Of a stretch of DNA of 64,000 bases, positions 8,843 to 19,336 are shown piece after piece. The notes under the pieces are model-generated. The model was not told the DNA's origin. It did not search any database and saw nothing but the letters and a program-made list of their open reading frames with translations. The translations under genes and the position numbers were made by a program. Position 1 is the first letter of the stretch. Each line of letters begins with the position of its first letter. The DNA comes from Candidatus Bathyarchaeia archaeon (GTDB lineage Archaea; Thermoproteota; Bathyarchaeia; 40CM-2-53-6), in contig JBEKVV010000008.1 of the NCBI GenBank assembly GCA_049513715.1, positions 26,447 to 90,446 of the forward strand, given 5' to 3'.

Positions 8843-10069
8843 CTAGTCCACTCGCGGAACGATGCCGCTCAGCGCATCTCGCGCCCGCCGACTCGCAAAA
8901 CTGTATAGGGACCTTACCGTCGTTTCGAACCACGCCTTCGTGCCAACCCTCCTACGCAGGCGCAGTAGCCATTTTGTATCACACACCCGTAGGCAGCCCT
9001 CCATTTCCGTACCAAGCAAAAGCTGCTCGCTTTTGCTGCTTTCGCACAAGGCCATCCTGGAAAAGGTTCGTAGACCTGTGAGACGGGTGAGGTCGACGTA
9101 ATACAGATCGCTCTCGGCTCCATAGAGCAGAAGTGCGGATCTCCCGAGGGTCGAAGAGACACCTATGAATGATAGAAACCTGTTATCAATTATCGTGGGA
9201 TATCTTAAAGCAAATCCCCTTATGGGCATGCTGATGCGCTTGATCTCCAAACTCTCGCCATCGAATCTTGCAGCGTAGAAGCCATTATCGGATGAAACTA
9301 CAATCGTACTCGAATTCTTCCAAGTCAGCAGCGAGATATTTCTTGCAGGGGATGCCAGCAAGTACGTTTTCCGTATGCTATACGTTCCCGAGGGTTCCTC
9401 CTTGAGCACGTGAATTTCACCTGAGTCTCTGCTGGTTATAATCACCATGTCATTCATGGCTATACCGTCGTATATCGCGGATGCCTCTTCGCTAGTGAAA
9501 ACAGAGCGCCAAGTCTTCCCTCTGTCACTCGATTTGAGGAGGACGCCTGAGTCAGGTACGACTCGTATCTTCCCCCGCCTTCCTCCACCACCCTTCCCTA
9601 CTCCCAAGAACAACTCGTCCGGTCTACTAGTATTGCGGAAAAAATGACTCGCATACGTGTACATGTGATTGGAGTATCTGATCTCGGGTTTCGGATCTGC
9701 AACATTACATGAGACGATGGCCAATCCCAAGAACCCATCTGTATAGAATTTGGTGCTCCACATTGGAACGAAAATTTCCTCCTCGTAGAGCAGCGGTTGT
9801 CCCGTCGTATCCAATCCTTCTGCCGACAGAGTGTTCAAATCAGCTAGCAAAGCATATTCCCTTCCCTCATTTGATAGCTCGTAAAGGCCAGCTTTACCTT
9901 CGGCCCACGGCCTTGCTTTTCCGACTGTGAAACCTGCGAAAGCTCGCCCACCTTGTGTTCTCATAGGCCATACTCGAAGGTATTCCGAAAACCTGTGTCC
10001 TATCATTCCCGCATTATCCTTCAGACGGTCGTTACTGGACACGTCTCTTGCTTCCTTTGACGATTTCAT
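8843..10069 (-). CDS. Hypothetical protein, possible beta-propeller with Asp-box
   Basis: Long ORF in the operon; SSDRGKTW Asp-box; true start probably 60-100 nt downstream. Confidence 0.6.
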   Translation of the reverse strand: MKSSKEARDVSSNDRLKDNAGMIGHRFSEYLRVWPMRTQGGRAFAGFTVGKARPWAEGKAGLYELSNEGREYALLADLNTLSAEGLDTTGQPLLYEEEIFVPMWSTKFYTDGFLGLAIVSCNVADPKPEIRYSNHMYTYASHFFRNTSRPDELFLGVGKGGGGRRGKIRVVPDSGVLLKSSDRGKTWRSVFTSEEASAIYDGIAMNDMVIITSRDSGEIHVLKEEPSGTYSIRKTYLLASPARNISLLTWKNSSTIVVSSDNGFYAARFDGESLEIKRISMPIRGFALRYPTIIDNRFLSFIGVSSTLGRSALLLYGAESDLYYVDLTRLTGLRTFSRMALCESSKSEQLLLGTEMEGCLRVCDTKWLLRLRRRVGTKAWFETTVRSLYSFASRRARDALSGIVPRVD

Positions 10070-11273
10070 CCATGAATATAGCCAACTTCTCGGTTTGTTT
10101 CTCTCTGGAAAAGGACCTGATATCGTTCAATCTCTTAATCGCAAGTGGGAATCGAAGCAATCCTTTCAAGAGGTTCTTGATCTGAACCGGGTCGGGTCTT
10201 ACAGTTGCGCCGACATCGTATTTGGCTATCAGGCGGGCTGCTTCCCCGTCTTCCTCGCCGACATTTATTATTGGCTTTCCGGCAGCCAAATACTCGTATA
10301 TCTTCCACGTCAGTGTTTGGTTCCATCCAGGAATGCACAGGAGATACTCAACACCTTTCATGTAGCTCCAGACTTCACGACGAGGCATGTGGCCAATGAT
10401 TCTCACGATTGAGTCTAGATTGGATTTCCTCACTTGATCCGCAATCTCGATAGGAACAAAACCTGTCAGTATGACCTCGAACTTGTCGGATAGCGTGCCG
10501 ATTTCCTTGGACAGAATCGTAAGCGCTTCCAAGAACCTTAGCATGTGACCAACTCTGTCTCGATATAGCGAACCTGCGTGAAGTATGTGTATCTTGTGAT
10601 CCGCGAAGGTGCAAGGTTTAGCATCAAGGATATCAAGGAGGAATCCGTTTCTCACTATTTCTGCTCTCTTTCTTTTGGCGATAGGGAAGTCGTCAAACAA
10701 CATATCTCTTACACCGTCACCGACAGTCACGATCCCATCGGAACATGTCAGGACGGCGTTCTCCAACGACATCTCAAGTTTCTTGTGCAGTGCGGACGGA
10801 TGTGCAACGATGGAATTCCAAGGGTCTCTGTAATCAAGTATCAGGGGTACACCGTACCTCCTGCTTAGCATGGCTCCAATAATCAAGCTCGACGGCGGAG
10901 AGTACGAGGCTAGAATGCAATCTATTTGTTCCCTCTCGATCAATTTTCGGCCGAGCAGATAAGCATGAGGAATCCATCCAAGCGTCTCGTCAAAAGCAAG
11001 AAAGATCCTAGGATCTACACCCAGCTTCTTCAAACCAAAGTAAACCACTTCAAATTGCAGATCAACAGCTCTACACACGTGATGGGTATCGAACGGACGG
11101 TAAAGTTCAGCGTCGAGCCTCGAGTGCCCGAAATACGGAAACGGGTTCTTTACGGTAAGAAGAAAGGGTTCCCAATCATAAGCCGGAAGATATTTCATAA
11201 ACCCGTAGATCCTGTCGCTCGGTGCACTAAGAAGTGGCGGCGACTCGTACGATATCAGCAATAGCTTCTTCAA
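10032..11273 (-). CDS. Glycosyltransferase family 4
   Basis: LLISYESPP, ILDYRDPW, ILHAGSLY, KIYEYLAAGKPII. Confidence 0.92.
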   Translation of the reverse strand: MKKLLLISYESPPLLSAPSDRIYGFMKYLPAYDWEPFLLTVKNPFPYFGHSRLDAELYRPFDTHHVCRAVDLQFEVVYFGLKKLGVDPRIFLAFDETLGWIPHAYLLGRKLIEREQIDCILASYSPPSSLIIGAMLSRRYGVPLILDYRDPWNSIVAHPSALHKKLEMSLENAVLTCSDGIVTVGDGVRDMLFDDFPIAKRKRAEIVRNGFLLDILDAKPCTFADHKIHILHAGSLYRDRVGHMLRFLEALTILSKEIGTLSDKFEVILTGFVPIEIADQVRKSNLDSIVRIIGHMPRREVWSYMKGVEYLLCIPGWNQTLTWKIYEYLAAGKPIINVGEEDGEAARLIAKYDVGATVRPDPVQIKNLLKGLLRFPLAIKRLNDIRSFSREKQTEKLAIFMDEIVKGSKRRVQ

Positions 11274-13027
11274 CTTGCAAAAATCACGGACACTTGACTT
11301 TCCCCGTTGTCACAGATTTTTCCTACCGAGGGGTTTGAAAGAAAGACCTGAATATCTTCTGGAGTGTATCTCTGTAGCTGGGGATACAATTCTTGATAGA
11401 TCCGCGTAACGCTCGTGTCATATGTGACATAAATTGGGCCTCTAGTACTAGCGTAGAGAGCTCTTATCTGATCCACGTTCCCGTAGGCGAGATGGTCAGG
11501 CAGGGTCGGAACAAGTTCGCGATACCCTCTTTCGGTTTCGTATTCACTCCAGCCTGATACAGATATGTACAGGTCCTTTGTGCTGTAGCTGTTGAATGGC
11601 GCCACCGCAAGCCTGTAGCTCGGGTGGTATTCTTGGATCCACCGCACCGAATATATCATCTCGTAGGTGACTTGGTCATTCGGCCTGATCACATAGGGCG
11701 ATGGGTAGAGCAAAGCCAAAGACGAGGCCCACAGAAGAACAATAATAGTCAGGGCCAAGAAGCGAGCAAGTCGAACATCACGAATCCTCCTTACAACGTA
11801 TAGAAACGTCCAGATCGCTGCTGGCAAGGAACTCAAGACCGCGAACCAGTAAAACCTGAAGGGCGTAAATCCTATGTTGCCAACAAGAAGAAGTACAAAC
11901 GTGAACGCTGAGCTCACGATTGCGAAGGGATACAGGATCCTCAATTTGGTCCGCAGTCTCGCGTTACCTTTCGCATATTTCGCCATTATTGGATAGCTTA
12001 GCACTGCAAGACCCAACACGAGGGCTCCATGACCATACAGTTTTGCCCCGAGCTCAATTGTGCCTATCAGCGTCAGATTCAGTTTTCCTAGTGTTTGAAC
12101 CACATCAGTTATTCGCGCCTCGGCAGTGAACATGTTTGACACGGCCGTGACTACGTCTCTAAACCAAGCGAAGTAGACAATCCATGCCCCCAGAGTAACT
12201 GCTATCAGCACGGACATGCGCCGAAACATTACGGAAAACGGCTTTGTTACGAGCGCCGAGGCTGCCAACAGTGATATCATGAGCAAGACAGCAGTCAGAG
12301 GATGGTAGAGCGGCATTGAGAAGAGGAGTATGATAAGAACCAATGTCCTCGATGTGGTGAAGGTCCCTAGCAGCAGATACACTACTATGGCGCTCAGTTC
12401 CAGTGTCATGAAGAATGGAATCGTATAACCGAAGAACTGGGGGAGCCAGAAAACGCAAGCAAGGCCGCGCACCACTCCCGCTGTAAGAGGATCATGATGG
12501 TGCTCGATTTGCTTCGCTGCTAATGACGTCCCGAGCGCGAAAATGCCCCACATGACAGGGCTCAAGATCGCGAGCACCAAGCGAGGTTCCGTGCCAAGTA
12601 TGAGAGATAACTGTGAGACCAGTATGTGTGAGAGCGGATAGAAGTCGTTGTAGGAAGTGGTGCCATTTCTGAGTATATCTACCACATAACCGACGAATGA
12701 AGAACTATCATACTGCCCATACATGTAGTAACCCTTAATGGAAGGCAAAGAAATGAAGATGACATTCATTACGCAGAAAATCATGGTGATGGTGTTGAAT
12801 GCCCACAAACGTCCCCTTATCACCCAGACGTATGAGACCACCGCGGCTAGCGCAAGCGGCACAAATGCGTAAGCATTCAGCCCAGCGTAGATAGAGAGTT
12901 CGTAGCCGGAGGATCTTTGCGTAGTAATTGCTAACAGCATTACGGAAAGTGCTCCCGCGCATGCGACCAATGTCCAGCTCAGAGAATGCTTATCCATCAA
13001 ACCCAAGCCCTCATTCCTTTCGTCCAT
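11270..13027 (-). CDS. Polytopic membrane protein (archaeal glycan polymerase/GT-C-like, DUF6541/DUF2206-like)
   Basis: About 12 TM segments, GQYDS, NDFYP, YHPLT, RFY, KICDNG motifs; glycosylation-cluster context. Confidence 0.65.
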   Translation of the reverse strand: MDERNEGLGLMDKHSLSWTLVACAGALSVMLLAITTQRSSGYELSIYAGLNAYAFVPLALAAVVSYVWVIRGRLWAFNTITMIFCVMNVIFISLPSIKGYYMYGQYDSSSFVGYVVDILRNGTTSYNDFYPLSHILVSQLSLILGTEPRLVLAILSPVMWGIFALGTSLAAKQIEHHHDPLTAGVVRGLACVFWLPQFFGYTIPFFMTLELSAIVVYLLLGTFTTSRTLVLIILLFSMPLYHPLTAVLLMISLLAASALVTKPFSVMFRRMSVLIAVTLGAWIVYFAWFRDVVTAVSNMFTAEARITDVVQTLGKLNLTLIGTIELGAKLYGHGALVLGLAVLSYPIMAKYAKGNARLRTKLRILYPFAIVSSAFTFVLLLVGNIGFTPFRFYWFAVLSSLPAAIWTFLYVVRRIRDVRLARFLALTIIVLLWASSLALLYPSPYVIRPNDQVTYEMIYSVRWIQEYHPSYRLAVAPFNSYSTKDLYISVSGWSEYETERGYRELVPTLPDHLAYGNVDQIRALYASTRGPIYVTYDTSVTRIYQELYPQLQRYTPEDIQVFLSNPSVGKICDNGESQVSVIFAS

Positions 13028-13184
13028 CTAGTATTTCAGCAGTATCAACAAACCTTTGCCATAGGTCGCGATTTTACGGTTGGTCCCGAAATGATTACTC
13101 TTGCAGAGAAATGCAATCGCAGGAGCGCGGAGTTCGGCGAGTTCCCACTCTGCAACATTTGAACTGATCGTCATGATCCGTCGG

Positions 13185-14354
13185 TCATGACGATCGCCTT
13201 TGTGGCAATGACCGCGCTTGCTTGGCCCAAGCGTCGCGCATTCTTCTGACCAGCTCGCTTGATGCTCGTTGCCAATCGACTCTCCCTACTATGTCTTCCA
13301 TTGCCTTTAGAGCGATCTGCTTGCGCTCAGCGGGATTGTTTGCCAAGCGAAGAACTGCTCTCGCAAGTCCATCTGAATCTCGCGCTTCGAATGTAAGCCC
13401 ATTGATACCTTCGGATATCCATTCTGCATTCCCATCGACGGATGTGACCACTACGGGGACTCCTAGAAACATGGCTTCAAGAAGACTTGCCGAGGTGCCA
13501 TCGCTCAGCGATGTGGATAGATAGATGTCGCAGTCCTTCAAATATCCCAAAAGCTTCCCCCTTGGAACACTTCCTGCAAAATGGACAAACTGTTCAACCT
13601 CTAATTCGTGTGCCAGCCTGATGAGTTGAGCAGAAAGTGTACCTGTTCCGAAGATCAAGAATCGAAGATTACTAAAACGTTTCAGCATACTCGGAACTGC
13701 TCGTATCAGGGTATCTACGGCATACTGCGGTTCATGATTGCGAACACTCACGACAATCGTCTTTCCATTCCAGCCCAACCTTCGGCGGAAACTCGGGTCG
13801 GAAGTTGTCTTGCGAAAGTCGTTCAAGTCGACCCATGGGAAAGACACGATTTTCTCTGGAAAGCAGCCCAGGGATAGAACGGCCCTCCTTTGAACCTCGC
13901 TATCAACAATCACCAAGTCGGCTGATCTAACGATGAGGGTTGTTATCCAGCGATGAAGGGGCGAGTAACCCGGCTCAACTACGACGTCTGATCCATACGC
14001 GAATAGTATGAAAGGTCTCCATCGGCACGCTGATGCATAGAGACCGTAGGTCGTAACGTAGTTACCTATGACTATGTCAGGTTCTAACGAACCAAGACAG
14101 ACGCGGAATTGAACTATGCGCCAGAACGTTCCAACTGCTATTCTTAGCTTATCCAGTTTGCGAATTCTTGAGGGCTTTCCGAAATCCGAGAGTCGGACAG
14201 TGCGCGTCCCATCTGGAACGTTCGCAGGAGTCGTGAAGGTCAATAAGTAGGTTTGGAACTGCGACGAAAGGCGTTTGAGGAAGAATGAGTCGTACGGGCT
14301 CGTCCCGTCATGGGCGAAGACTAGACGAAGTTGAGTGGAACTAGCTTTGTTCAA
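13185..14354 (-). CDS. Glycosyltransferase family 4
   Basis: AYGSDV, DIYLSTSLSDGTSASLLEAMFLGVPVV. Confidence 0.93.
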   Translation of the reverse strand: MNKASSTQLRLVFAHDGTSPYDSFFLKRLSSQFQTYLLTFTTPANVPDGTRTVRLSDFGKPSRIRKLDKLRIAVGTFWRIVQFRVCLGSLEPDIVIGNYVTTYGLYASACRWRPFILFAYGSDVVVEPGYSPLHRWITTLIVRSADLVIVDSEVQRRAVLSLGCFPEKIVSFPWVDLNDFRKTTSDPSFRRRLGWNGKTIVVSVRNHEPQYAVDTLIRAVPSMLKRFSNLRFLIFGTGTLSAQLIRLAHELEVEQFVHFAGSVPRGKLLGYLKDCDIYLSTSLSDGTSASLLEAMFLGVPVVVTSVDGNAEWISEGINGLTFEARDSDGLARAVLRLANNPAERKQIALKAMEDIVGRVDWQRASSELVRRMRDAWAKQARSLPQRRSS

Positions 14355-14393
14355 TGGTCAAGTCCGTGGTTAGATGAAAGGTGCCGGATTGGC

Positions 14394-15287
14394 TTATTCT
14401 TGGGAGCCACGAGCATACTCAATGTAGGCAGCAAGACCTTCAGTGAACGGTATCTTCGGGGACCATTCAAGGAGCTTATCTGCCTTCTCTATACTCGTCT
14501 GCACGCCTCTGAAGTCTCCCGGTCTAGGCGGTTCATGTTTGACGGGAATTGGGCCGAATGTCCCACTGAGCATGTCTACTATTTGTGATATCGTCACGAA
14601 CTCCTTGCCAGCGAGATTTATGATCTGGTTCTTCGCGGTTTGTTTTAGGACTAAAGGGTGGGCCTGCGCCAAATCGGCTGTGTAAATCCAACATCGTCCT
14701 TGTTCACCCTCACCATAGACTGTTATGGGCTCCTTCCGAATTGCTCTTCGCACAAACGCTGCAATAGCAGTGTTCGCTCGCATTCTTGGTCCATAGGGTA
14801 TGTCATACCTTAGTATTGTGTAGGGAAGCGAATGGATTTGGGCAAAAGAGCACACTAGATGTTCCTGGCCGATTTTCGTCTTGGTATAGACATCGCTGGG
14901 GAACGGAATCGGGGTCTCTTCTGTGACCGTTCCGTTTGCTTTGCCGTAGACCCAGACTGTGGATGCGAGTATGAATCTCTCTGCCTCTCGTCCTAGACAG
15001 GCTCGGATCAAGTTCAGTGTACCTATTTCGTTGACTTGAAGGCATAGCTTTGGGTCAGTCGCAGCGACGTTGACGTCGGCGATAGCTGCGATGTGAAAGA
15101 CCGCCTCGACGTCCTGAGTTGCATCATGAACTTCCGTTTCCGAAAGCAAATCGCCTTTGACCCATTCCGCCTTATCATTCAGGGGCTTGACTTTGTCGAA
15201 GACTCGGACGGTGAAACCTTCTGCCAGCAGGGCGTCGACCACGTGGCTCCCTATGAACCCTGACCCGCCTGTTACCAACAATACCAA
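14394..15287 (-). CDS. NAD-dependent nucleotide-sugar epimerase/dehydratase
   Basis: LVTGGSGFIGSH, YTKTK (YxxxK), YGPR. Confidence 0.95.
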   Translation of the reverse strand: MVLLVTGGSGFIGSHVVDALLAEGFTVRVFDKVKPLNDKAEWVKGDLLSETEVHDATQDVEAVFHIAAIADVNVAATDPKLCLQVNEIGTLNLIRACLGREAERFILASTVWVYGKANGTVTEETPIPFPSDVYTKTKIGQEHLVCSFAQIHSLPYTILRYDIPYGPRMRANTAIAAFVRRAIRKEPITVYGEGEQGRCWIYTADLAQAHPLVLKQTAKNQIINLAGKEFVTISQIVDMLSGTFGPIPVKHEPPRPGDFRGVQTSIEKADKLLEWSPKIPFTEGLAAYIEYARGSQE

Positions 15288-15294
15288 GGTTATT

Positions 15295-16431
15295 TCAACT
15301 CGCGATCCGTGAGAGGACCTCACGACTCACGTCAACCACGCGTCCAGCTTGCTCACCCGTCATCTGACTGAACATCGGTGGGTTGACCATTCTCCTTCCC
15401 CACTCCTCAGCCATGTCAAATCGCGCTTGTTCATGCAAGAACTCCCTGAAGGCAGGTTGTAGATGCAGTGGGGGCCAATAGACCTCTCCCCCAAAAGCTA
15501 CACCGCGTTCTCTACACAAGGCCTTGAATTTATCTCTGTCCACGTTCTTTGGCAGGAAAAATGTGTACTTGTAGTAATTGTTCAATTGATTTGCAGGTGT
15601 CACTACTCGTTCGAGTCCCAACGTACTGAAACCTTCGTCGTAGGTCCTCGCGATAGCATTTCGTTTCTGAATGAACTCGGAGAGTCTGCGGAGCTGAAGT
15701 ATGCCCAATGCCGCGGATATCTCCGGCATCCGCCAATTGTACCCTAACTTGACTATCCGATTGCTGGTGTAACTTTCCTTCCCTTGATCCCTAAGAATAT
15801 CAGCAGTATCAGCCAAATCCTTGCTATCAGTCGTGATCATGCCTCCCTCTCCTGAGGTGATTACTTTCGTAGGATAGAAACTAAAACAACCAGCCAACCC
15901 GAGGGACCCAGCGGGCTTTCCACCAATCCTAGAGCCATGAGCATGAGCAGCATCTTCTATCAGGAATAAGCCTCGTTGACTGCAAATTTCTCTGATGGCA
16001 TCGATCTCTGGGCAGATGATGCCCCCGATGTGAACTGGAATGACTCCTCTAGTTTTCTCCGTAATCGTTTGCTTTACCGCATTCGAATCAATTGTCATTG
16101 TCTTGGGAGAGATGTCTGTCATGACAGGTCTGCCGCCTGCATAAACTACGGCAGCAGCTGTAGCGGTGAAGGTGTTTGTTGGAACTATTACCTCATCGCC
16201 CTTCTTCAAACCATGAGCTCTAAGAGCTATCTCAAGAGCGCTTGTTCCGGAGTTCACAGCAATCGCGCGTCGTACGCCAGTGAGATTGGCAAATTGCCGC
16301 TCAAAATCTCTCGTGTACTCGCCGAGTGTCAACTGCCCTGATGTCAGAATCTTCACGAGATGTTCTTTCATCTCTTCAATGTCCTGTTGGGGAAAGTACG
16401 GTTTGGTAGGCGGTATGATATCAGAGGACAT
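15295..16431 (-). CDS. DegT/DnrJ/EryC1/StrS PLP-dependent sugar aminotransferase
   Basis: NSGTSAL, EDAAHAHG, FSFYPTKVITSGEGG, GYNWRM. Confidence 0.95.
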   Translation of the reverse strand: MSSDIIPPTKPYFPQQDIEEMKEHLVKILTSGQLTLGEYTRDFERQFANLTGVRRAIAVNSGTSALEIALRAHGLKKGDEVIVPTNTFTATAAAVVYAGGRPVMTDISPKTMTIDSNAVKQTITEKTRGVIPVHIGGIICPEIDAIREICSQRGLFLIEDAAHAHGSRIGGKPAGSLGLAGCFSFYPTKVITSGEGGMITTDSKDLADTADILRDQGKESYTSNRIVKLGYNWRMPEISAALGILQLRRLSEFIQKRNAIARTYDEGFSTLGLERVVTPANQLNNYYKYTFFLPKNVDRDKFKALCRERGVAFGGEVYWPPLHLQPAFREFLHEQARFDMAEEWGRRMVNPPMFSQMTGEQAGRVVDVSREVLSRIAS

Positions 16432-16524
16432 TGACCCAAATCTCCACGATTTCAAGATCCAGCGTCGGTCGCCCCAGCATGCCCTTCAATCTCACTCAAT
16501 AGTGTCATAAAGGGGTTTGGATTC

Positions 16525-17292
16525 TCAATCAATATCATGAGTTGCTCGATCTTCATGAGACAGCTCCTGTTGCCGTTTCCTGTTGGAGTTGAGGAGAGCT
16601 TCAGCAAACTCCGAGCGACAAACGGAGAGGAGTTTCTCCGCGTTAGGAATAATACAGTGTCCTCCGATGACGCCGGGATGGAACACTGGTCTAGCCTGCT
16701 TGCCTTCCCTTTCTGTCGAGCCAACGAACTCGACGACCTGATCGTACTGGGCCTCTAGTTGCCGACATATTCGGTGAATCTCCTGAAACCAAGACATCAT
16801 CAGCCCTCGATAGGTGGTTTCGAAGATTTTGCCCATCTCAGTCTCGAGCGGCGAGGAACAGATGTACGTTTTCATACCCAGAGTTTCGTAGTACTCCTTT
16901 GCTTTTGCGCCTGCTTCCGGACTGACCGGGCCGATGAATTTTGTATATTGAAGAAGCCCTCTCTTCATGCCTTCCGAGATGTTCCCTCGCACCGGTGAAT
17001 GGCATAGCAGGACTTTCTTTCCTAGGTTCCTGCCTACTTCAAGGGTTGTTCCAGGGGAAACCGTGGTCTCTACCAGCACGAGCTTAGGCGAAAAGCGTTC
17101 AATGTATCGAAGGGAGGACGAAACAAAGTCTGCTCGAGTTTGCTCCGGATACGTGATGTGCATGATGTCCGGATTCATTTCGACCTTCTTGTCCTCAACA
17201 TCCAGCCATTCTACTTCCGGATAGACACCTCGAACTACCTCGAAGAGAGGCTTGCCCACTTCACCATATCCCACAATCAGTATTCTTCTCAC
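16525..17292 (-). CDS. UDP-glucose/GDP-mannose dehydrogenase family protein (short form)
   Basis: VGYGEVG, ETTVSPGTT, GVIGGHCIIPN. Confidence 0.88.
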   Translation of the reverse strand: MRRILIVGYGEVGKPLFEVVRGVYPEVEWLDVEDKKVEMNPDIMHITYPEQTRADFVSSSLRYIERFSPKLVLVETTVSPGTTLEVGRNLGKKVLLCHSPVRGNISEGMKRGLLQYTKFIGPVSPEAGAKAKEYYETLGMKTYICSSPLETEMGKIFETTYRGLMMSWFQEIHRICRQLEAQYDQVVEFVGSTEREGKQARPVFHPGVIGGHCIIPNAEKLLSVCRSEFAEALLNSNRKRQQELSHEDRATHDID

Positions 17293-17340
17293 TTGCCCAA
17301 CCTCACTATCATGACAAGATGGTTCGAAGAAGAACCATTT

Positions 17341-18552
17341 CTAGTTACCGGCGAATTCCAGTCCCGTGTACAGATGAAGCAGTATGGCTTGCATTCGATC
17401 CCAGTTGTATTCAGTGAGAAACGCTTTCCTACCTGCATTTCCGAGAGCACGAAGCAACTGCTGGTTGCCCTTGAGTCGCATAAGTTCAGTTGAAAACCGA
17501 GTCCGTGCATTCTGGATGACTATTCCGCAGCCCCACTTTCGCGTTATTTCGGCGGCTAGCGTTCCGTCTCTTACGACCACCGGCACCCCGCATGCCATTG
17601 ACTCAAAAAGCTTGATCGGCGTGAGAACCTTCGTGTTCGGACCTATGTCGCGGGTCACTGCGAAGCACAGGTCACTAGCCATGTAGTATGACAACAAATC
17701 TTCGCTGGGAACCCAACCTCTGAAATCAAACAGGCTCTCGATATCTTCGCTAACTGCTGTATTGATAAGTGGTGCCATGGTCTCTGCGGGGCCCGTGAAT
17801 ACGAATCTGAAGTCTGAAGGGCTGTCTCGTTTGAGGTCGCGAGCAGCGTCTAGGATCATGGCCAGATCATAGTCCTGCCTCGCCCGGCCTGAAAAAAGAA
17901 CCATAAAAGCCGGGAGAAGCCCTAGTTTCCTCCTTGCAGCTAGTTGGTGAATTTGGGGGATCTCCCAAGTGGCAGGGCAGCAATAGATTACGACAACGGG
18001 CACTGTCGCCTTCTGACTCAGGTAGTTGCTAATAGCCTGATTCGCGGCTACGACTGCGTCGACCCGGGAGATTAGTGCTAACTCGAGTCGACCAACTATT
18101 CCGGCTACGAGAGAGCCATACCACTCTTCATATGCACCCGGTGTCAACTCATGACAGTCATAGACTAGGCGTACGCGATCCTTCAACAGCTGCCTCACTG
18201 CGACGCATCCTAGTAGGGTGTTGAAATCGTGTGCATGCAAAATCAACGCGCGAGCTTTCGCGATCGTCCGTATCACCCATAGAAAACTGATTGCTTGGAA
18301 GCAAAGTGCCGCCATCAGGTAGTACAGCCTCGAAGAGACCAGCACTGTGGTCCTGCCGAATTTCATGTTGTGAACAAGGCATTGGTCGATTCTCTCTACG
18401 GCTGGCCGTCTTCCTTCTCGATCCCAACACAGAACTTGAACATCAAACCCGGAGTTTGCCAGCGTACTTGCTTCACGTCTGACTCTGGTGTCGGTTGCGA
18501 ACGTGTTGGCGACGACCATTGAAACAGCGCGCAAAGTTGTCAAATCATTCAA
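17341..18552 (-). CDS. Glycosyltransferase family 4
   Basis: DTRVRREA, HAHDF, VYDCHE, PIKLFESMACGVPVV. Confidence 0.92.
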   Translation of the reverse strand: MNDLTTLRAVSMVVANTFATDTRVRREASTLANSGFDVQVLCWDREGRRPAVERIDQCLVHNMKFGRTTVLVSSRLYYLMAALCFQAISFLWVIRTIAKARALILHAHDFNTLLGCVAVRQLLKDRVRLVYDCHELTPGAYEEWYGSLVAGIVGRLELALISRVDAVVAANQAISNYLSQKATVPVVVIYCCPATWEIPQIHQLAARRKLGLLPAFMVLFSGRARQDYDLAMILDAARDLKRDSPSDFRFVFTGPAETMAPLINTAVSEDIESLFDFRGWVPSEDLLSYYMASDLCFAVTRDIGPNTKVLTPIKLFESMACGVPVVVRDGTLAAEITRKWGCGIVIQNARTRFSTELMRLKGNQQLLRALGNAGRKAFLTEYNWDRMQAILLHLYTGLEFAGN

Positions 18553-18562
18553 CTGCTAGAAG

Positions 18563-19336
18563 CTAGTCCCTCGCGCCGAGGAATAGAAGTAGGAGTGGTG
18601 AAATTATTGGCCACCAGTCTTTGAGCGGCTGAATTTTGGAGTAGCCTCCCCTGTTGCTGAATGGATATGTCTTCGAAACCGGAACCTCTCTCATTCTATA
18701 CCCCAAGGCCAAAACCTTGTAGTGAAGATAGTACTCAAGGCTGTAACCGTTGAGCCAAGTCTGATTGAGATTTATTCTAGGATCTCTTAATATGTCGAGC
18801 CTATAGCACCGGAAACCATTCGTCACATCAGTACACCTCTTATGGGTAAGCAGTGTCCAAACCAGTGGGTAGAGTCTGTTGAACAATACCCTGCTAAACG
18901 GCATTCTGCTTCTCTTCCCGCCTGGCTGATATCTGGAACCTTGCACATAGTCACACTCGCCTCTAGCCACAGGTTCGATGACTCGGTCAATCTCAGCTGG
19001 ATCATCCTTTCCATTCCCAGCCATGATCACTGCAAGATCATGGCCGGTCTCTAGGAGGTACTCTAGACCTTGTCTCAATGAGGACCCCACCCCAGTTCGT
19101 CGCCCATTCTTGATGATGTGGACAGTGACACCGATCTCTCTAGCGGCTTCTCTGATCTTGTTCATATCTCGTCTCAGGGGAATATCTACCACTAGACAGA
19201 CTGCGCTGATCGACCCTTTTCTGAAGCCACTCAGAACCCAGCAGACCGTATCGCTGTCTTGACCATAGATGGGTATCACAGCACCCACCTTTGGTGCAGT
19301 CGGGAAGACTTGTGGTTCGGACAACTGAACTGTCAT
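18563..19336 (-). CDS. Glycosyltransferase family 2 (DPM1-like)
   Basis: GAVIP, MAGNGKDDP, VQGSRY, TDVTNGFRCY. Confidence 0.88.
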   Translation of the reverse strand: MTVQLSEPQVFPTAPKVGAVIPIYGQDSDTVCWVLSGFRKGSISAVCLVVDIPLRRDMNKIREAAREIGVTVHIIKNGRRTGVGSSLRQGLEYLLETGHDLAVIMAGNGKDDPAEIDRVIEPVARGECDYVQGSRYQPGGKRSRMPFSRVLFNRLYPLVWTLLTHKRCTDVTNGFRCYRLDILRDPRINLNQTWLNGYSLEYYLHYKVLALGYRMREVPVSKTYPFSNRGGYSKIQPLKDWWPIISPLLLLFLGARD